A stretch of 63,205 nucleotides of DNA, filler included, from Pelomyxa schiedti (GCA_020536535.1; 6 parts of 6 records of this genome joined end to end with filler, not necessarily neighbours in it), one strand, 5' to 3'. Positions 35,101-48,347 are shown, counted from the whole stretch's first letter. Translations and numbers: made by a program. Notes: generated from the letters alone by a model not told the origin.

Positions 35101-37086
35101 CCCTGAACGGAAACCTCGATGAACCTGTTGAAATGCTCAAGCTGTCGTACAAGGTTGACCGTTGTATTGTGTGCGTCTAAATGACACTCCTCCGAAGCCA
35201 CTACTTCTTGAAGTGCGGGAACCTGATCAAGAATTCCCTGCATACGACCCCAATCTTATGGCACTAAAAATAGCACTTTACAAACCTGACACCAAGGAAT
35301 TCGTTCTCCACGATATTTCCGTTCAAAAGCAGGGAACCGTAGCTACTCTGAATGTGAATGGCTCCCTGTCCTTAATTTAGATCGATTAACTTGCCCAAGG
35401 AATTCATTTCTGAAAAGTTTGGCATTCCAACAGGAGAGCAACTTATCCTTCAAGAGCGCTTACAGGCCTGGGGCAATTCTTTGCCCTATGCCATCCTTTC
35501 CGATCCAGCTGCAAGACTTAGAGGGGATTGCATGCTGTGGGAAGGCTCCAAGTTATACGTAGAGTGCGCTACTCCTTCAAAGTATTTTGCGTTTGTTAAC
35601 GAATCACTCAGGAGGCACGCACCAGTACCAGACAATACTATTCCAACCGACAGTGCCTGTGTTGCCGAGATAGAGCGAGCACGCAATTTGTTGAACATCA
35701 AGATCATTCACATTGGGCTTGGGGAGAAGCCAGATCTCAATCTTCAAATGTCTCGACAAGCCACTCTCGAGGAGCTCAAAGGAATTTTAAGTACCGTATG
35801 TATTGAATCTTCTAGTGAATGATGATTTGTTCATTTTCACGTAGAGCACTGGAATCCCTGCTGACGACATGAAACTTTCTCGAGGAACAGCAAATTGGAG
35901 ATTCGAGGTACTGGTTTCTTGCTCAAGTTTGTAGTTAAGTTAAAAACAGATGAAAGATGTTGCGCTCACTCTAGAGGAGCACCACGTCAATGACGGGCAA
36001 GAACTCTTTGTTGAGAGAGGCAGGCCTCTTAAACCCACAGAGACAATCATGATGTAAGGCAGTACACCTCTTCAACTATGTCCTTGACACAGACAGGTTT
36101 TACATATACACACCCGAGTCTTCAGATAAGGTGTATGACCATGTCTTCAATCTTCCAGTAGACGAGACCCGCACAGTCTTGGACCTCAAGAGACAAATCA
36201 GCGAGGCACTTAAAGCTCAGAAGAACATCGACCTTCCTCCTGAGACAATGAGACTAAGGGATATGTACACTCAAACACAGCTGGCCTCAAAGGTTTTTCC
36301 CTCCCACTTTCACATCCCGGTCAATAACCACAATAGGTACTACCAGACAGTGTTGTAATGAAGAATGCTCTCTCTGTAATATACTCCAACAAACCAATTG
36401 CAATTCAGGTAACATCTTCAAAGCTCACAACAAATCACTCATAGCCACTTTGCACAGCGACTCCCGGGACCCGAGCCTGTTACCACACAATCCCAAATGG
36501 TGCTGCTCCTTCAAAAGTGGAATCCCTCTACTTTCACAGTTGGGCCACGTGTTGAGGTAATTGATACTTGAATAACGTACCCATTTTTCACCTTCCAAAC
36601 TCTAGGTCGTTGTCCCAGACACTCTGACTGCTAGTGACCTTCGTAGAAACTTGGCACAGCAAATGTCTCTCCCGGAACTCGAGTGGACAAGGGTAGGCCT
36701 TGCCAAAGAGATCTACGCCTCTGTTGGCCCCACCAACGTTCTCGACATTCCAGAGCTTCAGTGGGACAGAGTTCCGGCCGCTGAAGAGAAAATCAGTATG
36801 ACTCCTATGCTCCGTGTATTATCCGCTCACCTCACTCGCAGAATTGCGTGACATGCCGATGTTCGTTCGCGACGGGGATGTGATCTTCTACCGCGACAAT
36901 ACCGAAAAGCTCAAGGTTCTCACTCCCGAAGAAAAGTCCGCCATTCAGAAAGAACTTGCTGCCCATACACCGTGTGTACCATTAAAACAAAATCCACCAA
37001 ATAACACCGCCAACAGTGCCCATGCGGTGACCAACTTCTGGGGACGAAAAGAAACCGCTCTCAAAATACACACCGATAAGGACTAA
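32160..37086 (+). CDS. USP47: Ubiquitin-specific protease, USP47-like (many short introns)
   Basis: Cys box [19 protein letters not shown]; [27 protein letters not shown]; LQLKRF; His box GGHYYAYIK...WFEFNDS...NAYMLMYR; C-terminal RKETALKI like USP47. Confidence 0.88.
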
Positions 37087-37217
37087 GCCAAACAACCAAA
37101 ACCCATTCCAATACCACACCAACTCCGCACACCCAATAATTATGTCTGCCCCTGACTGAGAAGCAGTGTTTGTTTCAATCCAAAAAAAACGACAATCACT
37201 TTTTGGGAAAACAAAAA

Positions 37218-38760
37218 ATGATGATGCAACCCGGGACAGGGAGGGGGGTTTCGCCCGCGACGCCAACCGCGTCGCCTTCGCCCTCCCAACCCCACCACAA
37301 CCACAACCACCAACAACCATTGCCACCTCCATCCACCCCAGCCCAGATCCAAACCAACCAACAACAACAAACCTCGCTCCTTACGACGCCTCCTCCTCCC
37401 ATAAGTAGCGCCGCCGCTAGCGCCCCGACGCAACACCAGCAACAGCACCAACAACAACAGCCCGCCGTGCGTCTTGGGGGTGGCAGCGGCGGCGGAAGCG
37501 GACTGCTACCAATTGTGGGAGGCGGTGGCGCGACGGCGCCAGGTGGGCGCGGGGCCAGCGTCGGCGGCGGCGGCGGGGGGCTCGTTATGATGCCGGGCTC
37601 GCTGCACCCCCACGGCCACATGTCTCTTGCGATGGGCCCAACCCACGGCGGGCCGCACGCACACGGGCCGCACCCCGGCCAGCTGCAGACGCCACCGATC
37701 GCGCTGCCCGTGGGCGGCAGCAGCACTGGTATCATCAGCGGCGGGAGCCTGGGCGGCGTGGGAGTTGGAGGGGGGGCACAGACAAGCAAGCCGAGCGCGA
37801 GTGCTAGTGTTGGCGTGGGCGGGAGCGGGAGCGGGAGCGGGGGGGCACAGTCACAAACACAATCACAGCCGCAGGGGGGTGCTACGCAGCAGCAGCAACA
37901 GCCACAACAACAGCAACAGGGGAGGGACTTACACCCGTTGGAGTGCAGGTGGGTGATGTGGTATGACCAGGTGCAGCTCAGTGGCTTGGTGAATGCTAGC
38001 AACTGGGGTGACAACTTGAAGCGCTTGCTGGAATTTGGACACGTGGAAGATTTTTGGGGGTATGTGCATGCCTCCTCATTCTATCCCTCTTTTTTTTTTC
38101 CCCTGGAAGGAGTAACTAAGTTTTATTAGGATGTACAACCACATGCACGCGCCGTCTTTGTTGCCGGTGAATACCAACTACCACATGTTCAAGACTGGAA
38201 TTGAACCGAAATGGGAGGACCCAAGCAACGAGAACGGTGGAAAGTGGCTTTTGACATTGAACAAGAAAGTTCCCAAGCTGGATGAGATGTGGCTTGATGT
38301 CGTATGAACACACCCTCCGCCTTAAAGTTGCGAACGAGAGTTTCCCGTTTGGTCTCACAAGACAACACTCCATAGATACTTGCATGCATTGGCGAACAGT
38401 TTGAGGAGGGAGCCGATTTCATCTGTGGAGCGGTTTTGACCATAAAACCCAAGGAAGACCGCATAGGTAAAAAAAAAAAAAAACACAACTAAGTAAACCG
38501 GCTCACCTTTCTCTCCACAGCCCTATGGATTAAAGAGGCAGATACGGAGATTACTTTGAAGATAGGGTTCGTGTGGCTCATTTCCTCACCCACACAAACA
38601 CCAATTCAATCAACACTGATTCCTTCACAGCCGGATATTCAAAGCTAAATTGGGGCTTCCCGACAGCATGAAAGTACAGTTTAGCAAACACACTGATGCC
38701 GCAAAGCGTGGTCGCAACCGCGGCTCCTACGGTTCTGGTTCTGACGTCCTCGCCCTCTAA
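37218..38760 (+). CDS. eIF4E: Cap-binding translation initiation factor eIF4E family with long Q/G/P/H-rich N-terminal extension
   Basis: HPLECRWVMWYD, NW, VEDFW, YHMFKTGIEPKWEDPSNENGGKW, EMW, ACIGEQF, ICGAV, DRIALW across 4 short introns. Confidence 0.92.
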
Positions 38761-38886
38761 TCCCCCACACACCCAACACACACCACCCAGAATAATAAGC
38801 AAAAAAAAAAAACCCAAAAACCTTGTCTTGTTCACCAACAACAACCAGAGGTCTATGTTCATCAAGCGATAACGGTTCACTGAAAC

Positions 38887-40140
38887 ATGGAAGGGCTTGC
38901 CTTCAAAGTGACCAAGCCGGAATGGCTTGGCGACGTTGTGCTTCACGAGGGGGGGCTGAGTGCGCCGGCGCAGTTCTCGTCGTTTGCACTCGCGGTTGTC
39001 TCGGCGAGGTGCGGGAGTCGGTCGCCCGCCCGCGCGCTGGGAACACACCTGTTGAGGCAATTGTGGGACGACTGGGTCGTGGGCTGCCAGAGGGCAATCG
39101 TCGTGGACGTCCTTCTTAAGCGCAAAGAAGATGATGGCGAGGAAAGGAAGACATCGTTTCCGATGTGCGCATTCAGGTTCAGTGTGTCGCCGCTGCTCCT
39201 CGGGATTATGGGTCGAATGGTTGCCATACCTTCGGCGCAAATCCCTGCCGTCGATGGTGCACAGTGGGTTGATGAAAACAGGTTCATTGGGGTGGATGGC
39301 CTCACAACCGAGAGGCCTGAGGTTCTGATGTTCGATGCGTTGAGTGGTGCGAAAAAAATGGTTATCAGGCGGGAGGAGGGGAGCATTTCTCACTTGTGTG
39401 CAAACAGGAGTTGGTTGGTGAACCTCAAGAGTGGTGGAGAGCTGTTTGTTGTGACAAATATGGAAACAGTTGGAGTGGATCCTCATGGCGTTGCTGTTGT
39501 ACTTCCCGATCCTTATTCTCGAGCCACGTTCCTTGTGCTGAACAAAGTCATTACATCTCAGGCAGTGATGCTCGTGGTGGAGCGCACTGAGGGAAAGAAT
39601 GCAAGAAGCCATTTCATGGTGGTGGATGTGGCCAAGACATACTCCACCAGAATCCTAAATGTTGTGGGAACAACACCATTTCCACAACATCGGAAGCTTC
39701 ACGTCAGCATGGTAGAAGCCATTGTTGTGACGCAAAACAAGGTGGGTGAGAATGTATTCATTATCTCTGTTGTGAACGATCGCAGAGAGTCTGTTGTGAT
39801 GTCGGTGCAATCAGATGGAGAGATCAGAAGGCTCTGTGCCCAAAAGAAGGACATCTTATTGCGCCAAGTGAGTGGCTCCCAATTCTCACTCTACCACAAG
39901 CAGAGGCTGGATATCTGGGACTGCAATGACACCACACATAGATACCCAGTCATAAAGTGCATCCCCCAACATGTGGACGCCCCTGCATTCCTTGTGGGTG
40001 GGGGATTAATTGTGCTCATTGAGAAACATCACGAAACACTGCGGTTTATCGACACCTCTTCGATGCGCGTGGTCGTGTCATTTGGGATAAACGGATGGTT
40101 GATCACGGACTTGGTGCCTGACACCTGTTTCTTGTGGTGA
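38887..40140 (+). CDS. Lineage-specific family protein (SAPAQF...RCGSRSPARAL...LWDDW N-terminal motif, beta-rich body)
   Basis: Intronless 417-aa ORF with an adjacent paralog aligning end to end. Confidence 0.8.
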   Translation: MEGLAFKVTKPEWLGDVVLHEGGLSAPAQFSSFALAVVSARCGSRSPARALGTHLLRQLWDDWVVGCQRAIVVDVLLKRKEDDGEERKTSFPMCAFRFSVSPLLLGIMGRMVAIPSAQIPAVDGAQWVDENRFIGVDGLTTERPEVLMFDALSGAKKMVIRREEGSISHLCANRSWLVNLKSGGELFVVTNMETVGVDPHGVAVVLPDPYSRATFLVLNKVITSQAVMLVVERTEGKNARSHFMVVDVAKTYSTRILNVVGTTPFPQHRKLHVSMVEAIVVTQNKVGENVFIISVVNDRRESVVMSVQSDGEIRRLCAQKKDILLRQVSGSQFSLYHKQRLDIWDCNDTTHRYPVIKCIPQHVDAPAFLVGGGLIVLIEKHHETLRFIDTSSMRVVVSFGINGWLITDLVPDTCFLW

Positions 40141-40289
40141 TAAAATTAGTCCTACAAGTACAAGGAAAAAATCCCCAGAAAACGGCACACACCGATCCGA
40201 CGTCGCCGACCCGCAAGACACGGAGGACCCACAATGATGATGGACCGCCACGGCACGGGATCGCTCCGTCGACGACTACGACGGCTGCA

Positions 40290-41769
40290 ATGACGGAGGC
40301 ACGTCAAACGACAGCGATCATCATCGACGTGACGAAGCCAGGATGGCTCGGTGACGTGGCCATCCACGAGGGGGGGCTGAGCGCCCCCGCGCAGTTCGCG
40401 TCGCTGGCCCTCGGCGTTGTCTCGGCGAGGTGCGGGGCGCGGTCGCCCGCTCGCGCGCTGGGTGCGCACGTGCAGAGGCAATTGTGGGACGACTGGGTCG
40501 TGGGCTGCCAGAGGGTATTTGTCGTGGGCGTGGAACTGAGGACTCGAGGGGGACCCGACGGCAACACCGAGGTCACCCACGTGTGCGCCCTCAAGTTTGG
40601 CCTGTCGCCGATGCTTTTGGGGATTATGGGTGGCGGTGTGAAGATTGTGGGTTTTGATGACCTGCCCTTGTTTGAGAATGCACAATGGGTAGATGAGAAT
40701 AGATACTTTGTGGATGCAGGACAACCTGAGAGGTCGGTGGTGAAGTTGATTGATGCGTTCAGGGGGTGTCAATGGCTCAGAGGAAGGAAGAGGGGTACAT
40801 CCATAACTTGTGTGCAAACTGGAGTTGGTTGGTGAACCTCAAAAATGATGGCAAGCTGCTTGTTGTCACAAGAGTGGCCTCTTNNNNNNNNNNNNNNNNN
40901 NNNNNNNNNNNNNNNNNNNNNNNNNNNNNNNNNNNNNNNNNNNNNNNNNNNNNNNNNNNNNNNNNNNNNNNNNNNNNNNNNNNGGGGTGTCAATGGCTCA
41001 GAGGAAGGAAGAGGGGTACATCCATAACTTGTGTGCAAACTGGAGTTGGTTGGTGAACCTCAAAAATGATGGCAAGCTGCTTGTTGTCACAAGAGTGGCC
41101 TCTTTTAATGTGGATCCTCATGGTGTTTCCATTGCCCTTCCTGATCTTTATTCTAGAGCTATCTTCCTTGTGCTGAATAAAGTGATTCCATCACAGGCAG
41201 TGATTCTCGTTGAGCACAAGGATCAAGAGAGCAGCTCTATCTTGGTGATTGACGTTGCCAGTACCTACTCAGTGAGAGCACTTAGTGTTGTGAGAAGAAT
41301 CCCATTTCCACATCACCAGCTCGAGGGGTGGGTGGTTCAAAGAATGATTGCAATGCAAAACAAGGTTGGTGAGAATGTGTTCATTATCTCTGCTTCAAGT
41401 GATGACAATACTGTTGTGCTTTCCACACAATCGAACGGACAGATCAGGAAGCTCTACACCTATTCCACCCACAAATCTGGTCTCTACCTGGCTCAAGTGA
41501 GTGGCTCACTGTTCTCTGTACACAACAACAAGAGGCTGGATATCTGGGACTGCAATGACACAACAAACAATTACCCACTGGTCAAGAGCATTCCAAGGCC
41601 TGTTGACGATACCACCTTCCAGGTTGGTGGTGGCTTCATTGTGCTCATTGAAAACAGGCGCGACAGGCTGAGAGTGATTGATGCCTCATCAACAGACCTC
41701 ATTGTGTCACTCGGCATCAGTGGCTGGTCAATAACGAAAATGTGGCCTTGCATATCTTTCTTGTGGTGA
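40290..41769 (+). CDS. Tandem paralog of 38887-40140 (gap, plus a 1-nt frameshift in a G run near 40765)
   Basis: Shares VTKPxWLGDVxxHEGGLSAPAQF, WVDENR, CANxSWLVNLK, RLDIWDCNDT and the terminal FLW*. Confidence 0.72.
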
Positions 41770-42930
41770 TTTCCCAAGCACCAGGGAATGTAGTCCTAGG
41801 TGATACCGATCAAGGTTTGAGTACTCACCAAAAAAAAAAAAAAAGGAAAAAACAAGGAAGAAGAAGATGATGATGAGGCGCAGGGGCGCGCACCCCCGCA
41901 ACCACAGCTGTCATCAGACCGTGATGACGTCGAAAAAGCAGCGACAGGGTTCCTGTGTCGGTGCGGCACCACGCCATCCGCCTCCTCCTCCATCGTCGTC
42001 GTCTCCGGAGTCCACCATCAGATGTACTACGACGGTGCCGCCACATTCGACTGTTGTTCCCGTGGCGGCTGCAACCATGCACGCGGCGGTATCGGCAACA
42101 ACGCGGCGGGCCACAGTTTGCTTGGCGGCATGCCCACGCTCTTCCGTTGAAACTCATTGTTGGTGGTGGTGGTGGTGAAGACACGCAGCAGAGTGTTGCG
42201 GAGCAACAGAGGGGAGTGTACCGGCACCTGCTGATGCTGCTGCATAGTAGTAAGCGCGACCAGCGGGAGGGGCATCATCAAAAAACGATCTAGCTTCGAT
42301 AGAGAACAGGCTGTTGGAGCCTTTGAAGCCATTGGAGGAGACCATCCCTGACAATTTCTGTCTGGGTGCACAGAGTCACCCGTTGTCTGCACAACAATGG
42401 ATGGTTGAATTCCTAGAATCCACAATTACTTCAGCAGCCACTGCTACTACTGGTTTTGGTTTGCACTTTTCTTTTCATTAATGCTGTTTCTGATACAACC
42501 TCGATGATTAACAACGGCTCAGAGGAGACAAGAAATGAATCTCCGAAGTTGAGCAGTTTGGCACATTTCATGACAAAAAAGGAGAAGGATGTACGTCGGT
42601 GGTTGTCATGTCAGCAGCGGCAGGCAAGTTGACCACCTAAGTGTAAAAAAAAAAAAAAAAAAAAGCATACCAGTGTCCCAGCGCTATGGGAAAAAGAAAA
42701 CAAAGAAACAAGCCACATACCAGTGGAAGGCTCGGAAATACATTAAAGGGGTGCGGCAATGCTGTAGGCCTTATTACAAGGCGTAAATGCGTAAAAAATT
42801 ACTTTTAATTAAATTAATAATAAATAATTANNNNNNNNNNNNNNNNNNNNNNNNNNNNNNNNNNNNNNNNNNNNNNNNNNNNNNNNNNNNNNNNNNNNNN
42901 NNNNNNNNNNNNNNNNNNNNNNNNNNNNNN

Positions 42931-43637
42931 ACAGATAAGTAGGGACTAGTGAGGATAAGTCCTCCTAGGGCAGCGGAAGCAGGATGATTTGCAACAGCAC
43001 CACACGCAACTCCTGTTCCGATAGAACGGCCCCACACAAAGATTTGCGATGCTGGAATATGCAGTTCATTGATTAAGAAGAACATAGCTGCATCAATAGA
43101 TCGTTTGCATCCTCCCTATTATTGGGCCAGTGAGCGCAAGATTTGTGATATAGTGCACGGAATGTCACCTCAGAAGCAGTCCCAAAGGCAGCACAGAGAC
43201 CGTAGCCAATGTACTCAACTACGGCAGTATTACAGCCTAGAGCTCTACCCCAATTTCTCAATTGTGGTCCACAATGACCGATATCCTCTGTTCACATTCA
43301 AAAAAAGCAAAAAGAGCAACACGAGCACGGGGTGTACCTCCGTTGCCATGAGCGTATAGGAGAATGGGCCTGTCTGATACGCCACAAAGATATATTCTCA
43401 TGCACGTGTAGGCACCGCCGCCCAACGGCAACCACACCAAAGGCGGCTCATGGGCTTTTGCAGTAGGTCCATATGACCCCGGGGGTGCTGGGAAAATGAA
43501 CCTTAATAACTGTTGACCAAACACACTGGCTCCCTCGACGAGGTACGCGAAGTCACACAGGCAGCCCACTTGCTGTTGACGCCCCACGCCCTGTCGTTCC
43601 GCGTCTCCCTGGCTACGACGGCCTGCGCCTCCTCAGA
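42931..43637 (-). CDS. Second, near-identical ABHD17-like hydrolase copy (partial; between a gap and the contig end)
   Basis: 42931-43521 is nearly identical to ~31108-31700; the 5' side continues in frame (VGCLCDFAYLVEGASVFGQQLLRFIFP). Confidence 0.75.
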
Positions 43638-43737
43638 NNNNNNNNNNNNNNNNNNNNNNNNNNNNNNNNNNNNNNNNNNNNTTAATTAATTAANNNNNNN
43701 NNNNNNNNNNNNNNNNNNNNNNNNNNNNNNNNNNNNN

Positions 43738-46060
43738 GAGTACGTTTCCCAGAATTTCGTTGTGTATTCAAAAGCCTGGTGATGCATTTGTCAGACTTTG
43801 TTCAAAATGATTGGAAAACGAGAAATTATTACCAACGTGTGAGTGCTTTTCCCGTCAATGCACCTCTCTTTCATGGAGAACGGTCCCTGGAAATTTGGGA
43901 AGGTGTCTCCAGAAGGCCAATACTCAGGCAAGCAGAAGGCACTCAACAAGTGATGATCCAACCCACTCCGCACCGTTCCGGCAACGTCACGATCGTTGGA
44001 TTGGTTCAGGTCCTTTCTGAGATAAAAATAAAACCAGTCCCAACAAGAGTTGTCAATGAGAGCAGTCACATGCCCCGAGTCGTGGAATCGCTTCCAGAGT
44101 GATGTCCCTCCTGTGTCAAACCGACCAGTGAACATCGCTCTGGCGTTCAAGAACGTGTTGGGTGCAACCTTTGTTTGGAATCAGTTGTCAAGTTGGAAAT
44201 TCGTCAGACACACACAGCATGATAACGGAAAAATTGGAACGCAAGGTGATAATCGTCGTCATCCTTTTCTGTCGTTTTCAGGTTCGGTTCATCCAGAAGA
44301 GCAACTGTCTTGGGAAAGTTCCTCATGAAGGAGTTTCTGAGAACCAAAGGTGAGATGAAATGGGAACTCATCGTCATCGCGCAATCACGCACCTCCCAAT
44401 TGCATCCAGGAAGACAACAAGAACGTTTGATGGAAGAGACTCCAACTTTGGTTTCACACTCTGCCTCCTCTGTGATTCTCTTGAGACACAAATTTCTTCG
44501 ATCCTCTCTTCATCTCGTTGGACTTGAACCAACACTTGCTTGTTCAGACCACCACAGCTCACTTCCACTGTGCTGATTGTCCTCCGAGAATTGAAGTGCG
44601 AAGAGTTGAATCCNNNNNNNNNNNNNNNNNNNNNNNNNNNNNNNNNNNNNNNNNNNNNNNNNNNNNNNNNNNNNNNNNNNNNNNNNNNNNNNNNNNNNNN
44701 NNNNNNNNNNNNNTTTCTTCGATCCTCTCTTCATCTCGTTGGACTTGAACCAACACTTGCTTGTTCAGACCACCACAGCTCACTTCCACTGTGCTGATTG
44801 TCCTCCGAGAATTGAAGTGCGAAGAGTTGAATCCAGAAACGGAAAGGGAGAATCTCCCATTGGGATCGGTTTCCTGGGATCCTTCAAAACTGTGTTCAAG
44901 AACCCACCTGAAGGAAATAAAGAGTGAGATTAAACGAGTGTTGGTGTGATGGAACATACTTTTGGATGCACCCCAGTTTTGGGAGGAAAACAGCGGAGGG
45001 TGGAACATCCTCTGTTGGTGGAAACACAATGAAGTTCACTTGACCTTTAAAGAGTCATGGGACGAAAGTCCTTTGTCAGGAAAATACCTGGAGTGGGGCA
45101 TTTTCCAGAGATGCAGGAGTTGTTCACGAATTGCACAGAAAAAGGAGGTGGAGCAGGTTTGCACTGTCCGGACTTCAATAACCAAAAAATGAAACTGGAG
45201 GGCATAAGATCAAACCAACTGATGCTTGGAACGTGTATCGAGCATCCCTGGGTAAAGTGAGCGGTAATTTACAATTAACGGTTTACTAGGCATACCGGCC
45301 AATTTGTCGCCAAAGTGCCTCCATGAATCCCGATTTTCCACAAGTCGTTCGAAGATAGAACAGTTGTAGTGATGCAAACGCCTGCAATGCAGAGTGCAGC
45401 AAGGAAGACAATAGGCAGAGTACTGCAGCCAGTTTTCAAGATGGAAGAAACAGTTTTGCCCAACATCCACACAAGTGACATGCCACAAGAAAAAAGGGCA
45501 ACAAAGAACACAAGGGAGATGCAGCAATATAAGCCGTGGTGCTCTGGGTCCACCCCATGATCTATGAAGGTTGAGTGGAAGAGTAAAGTGAGAAAACGTA
45601 CCAGCACAAAGGAGAGTGAGAACAAGCCACGTTATCGTAAGCACAGAAAGGAGAATCCCGCCGGTAGTGGAACCATGCACTTTCGATTTCCCCTCTGGAG
45701 TACTTCAATATCAGCTCGAATTGCACCCTTAGAGTTGTGGTACATACTGGAGACTGCCGTGAACGAAGAGAACAAAGAACAAGTCCATAACGCAGCCGCG
45801 CACAAAACGAAAACGCCGCATCGCCGCGCTCGCTCAGGAAGCTCAGTCTCAACATCGAAAGGAGAAATGGAGTCACTATGCAGTCGCGGGGCGCCGCTGT
45901 CAACGTCGTACGACGAGCCAGCAACCACAGACCAGCGGCCAAACACCGGGTTGTTGAGCGGATACAAGGAGATGGCGAACAAATAACTGCCGCATGTAGC
46001 CAACAACACGCTGACAACGCCACACCCAGCACAATCTTTCCTTAATTTTTCTGCTGTTAA
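43738..46060 (-). CDS. Multi-pass membrane protein with DUF229-like (alkaline phosphatase/sulfatase superfamily) domain; partial, 5' end approximate
   Basis: N-terminal hydrophobic exons with DHGVDPEHHG, then PSNVLVVFLDAIGR...FMRNFPKT...FQFFRYHAV...SLWKRFHDSGHVTA...ERCIDGK. Confidence 0.65.
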
Positions 46061-46372
46061 TCAATCCAGAGGGTGGTGTGAAGATCTTACATGCAGCCCC
46101 GATCCCTCGTGTCACAATGCACTCACAAGATGGGGAAAAAAAGGAACACATTGCAGGGGAATCACTTGCGTTGTTTGACAAGGCGATCGCCCATCAAAAA
46201 AAAAAAATACGTTCGTTGGTTCAGTTGAAAAAGAAATTCAATTTCTGTTTCTGCTGTTTACAAAGTACTTCTGGGCCAGGAGAACTGGTTATTGTGAGGA
46301 TGAAACACCCATTTGGTTGTATGTATTGTCACCCATTCCATAGACTTCTCCTGTGGCTGCATTTTGTAGTAT

Positions 46373-48205
46373 TTAGTATGTGCAAGCTATTGTAACACAC
46401 AGAGCAAAAAAAAACACAACAGCCAAAATGTGGTTTTGCTGGAAAAACCTGTGAGGAACAGAGAATGGCGGTACCCGGCAGACACCTGAACAACATCCCT
46501 ATGAGAGAGTTCAACCAGGAAAGGCTGGAACTGTGGTTCCTCAGAAACAATACCAACTCCGCCATACTCGGCACACCCACAAGCATAGATGTGCTGTTTC
46601 CCGGCGGATTCTGAACATAATGTGGTTAGATATCACACATAGAAGTTTGTTTTTGGAATAGGCATACCAAGTACAAAGTAAGAGTTCGCGTAAGAGCTTG
46701 CTGATACGGTGTGGATTGGCAGATCCTTGTGGTTGGGAAACGAAACCTTTTCGGGAGCTAAAACATCCCCGATTTGGCGGCACATTTGGCCGTAGTAATT
46801 CCAGCCCCACGAGAATGCTTCTCCATTTTCTGTATTGTTGAGTTAGTGTATGAAGGAATGATTATCGCACCCCAAAAAAAATACAACCTGTTATGACAAC
46901 TATGTGGTCACCCCCACAGCTCATGTTTGTTATGGGCGGAAGTCCTTCAACCACTCGCGGGTAGAGAGTGTTTTCCGCTGTTCCATGACCAACAGCCCCA
47001 AAGTCACCCGAGCCAAATGTGAAGACTTCCTTTCCTAAGGAACTTTAACTTGAAGTCATAGGGTTGTTTGATGAATACTACCTGACAGAATGGCAGTGTA
47101 GTGACCTCCACAGCATATCTCAGTACCCTCAAGTGGGACACTGTGCCCTGCTGGTACAGTCATCTCAGGACGCACTAGTTTGGGAATCAATTCCGGTTTT
47201 GTGCCACGGCCAAGTTGTCCATGTTCAGCCAATCCCCAGGTGTATATCTTGTGAGTGCCTGCAAATCGATTAGGCTTTATAATATTTGGATTTTGGAACC
47301 AGCCGTTAATTACTTGTGATGGCTGCACTGTGGGAAAATCCTGCTCCAATGGATACCACAGTTTCTCGAGAAAGGGACTTAATGACTCTGGGAGTGCCTT
47401 CATCATTTTCCCCTCCATGTCCAAGAACTCCGTTGAGGCCTCTACCAAAACTATACACTCTCCCTTTATCTTTGTTTTGTTTAGAGTTATTTCGCAACTG
47501 TAAATTGCCATACCATCGAGTACAAGGATGTGGTAACTCCCGCATGTGATACGTGCTACCTTTGTGTTCACCTCTGGAAACTGTATGACTGTAGGTGACT
47601 TTATTTCGCCATTAAAGAACCCCCACACAACAAGTTCGGAATCTTTCTCTGAGGGAATAATAAATTTAAGGCAAAACAATTGGGAATCCAGCTCTATACC
47701 GGTAATTCCTGCAGAGAAATATCCGCCAGCACAAATCTGTGTCAGTCTTGGTATTCCGACAACAGGCAGAGGTTCCAGAGAAAACCTACACACATTTTAA
47801 GTGCCAACCACTGAGCTGCACGTGGACCAAAATGGGATAGAAGTGTATGACTATAACATATTACATTACATGTATATCTGAAATAGGTTAATATAAAAAT
47901 TCAAAACGCAACTGGTCTCTTTCAAGTAAGTTCCTCGACTTTGTAATGTCGATGTCGTCGTCCTGGTCAACCTGCCCGGCACCGCCCATAATCGGGTTTT
48001 GCTCGGCCGCCGTCATGGTAACCACCTCAGCGCTTGGGTCCCCGCTCGCCAGGGCATCACCACTTGCGCCACCTACCGCGACCATCCCATAACCGCCGCC
48101 TGACCCGTCTTGCTGCTGGGCACTACAACTCCCGCCAATACAACACCCCACAAACAGCAGCACGAGCAGAACAACGCTTCGTTTCGCCGTTGCGCTTCCC
48201 ATCAT
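46373..48205 (-). CDS. RCC1/BLIP-II repeat protein with predicted signal peptide
   Basis: N-terminus KRSVVLLVLLFVGCCIGGSCSA; repeats ICAGGYFSAGIT, ITCGSYHILVL, VYSFGRGLNGVLGHG, IGAGFSHSAAIT, IYTWGLAEHGQLG, ICCGGHYT, VFTFGSGDFGAVGHG, MSCGGDH and VSAGYRHSLFLT. Confidence 0.82.
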
Positions 48206-48347
48206 CGCGTTGCCACCCAAATGTTGCAAGCTAGCCTTTAAAAAAAAAGATTGGGTTCCACGTGGCCGCCACGCCCTCGACCCTTGTCCTCAAATTTTTT
48301 TTCGCCGTTTGTAATAACTGATTAATGAAAATAAAAAAAAATGTGTC

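Noticed and set aside
37196-38014. Cys/Pro-rich minus-strand ORF, plus other long antisense ORFs (38578-39612, 59408-60199, 45564-45986)
   Set aside because: Shadows of low-complexity or GC-rich coding sequence on the opposite strand.
41825-42780. Possible spliced minus-strand gene with His/Gln-rich stretches
   Set aside because: Some splice-like signals are present, but I could not build a consistent frame or recognise a domain.
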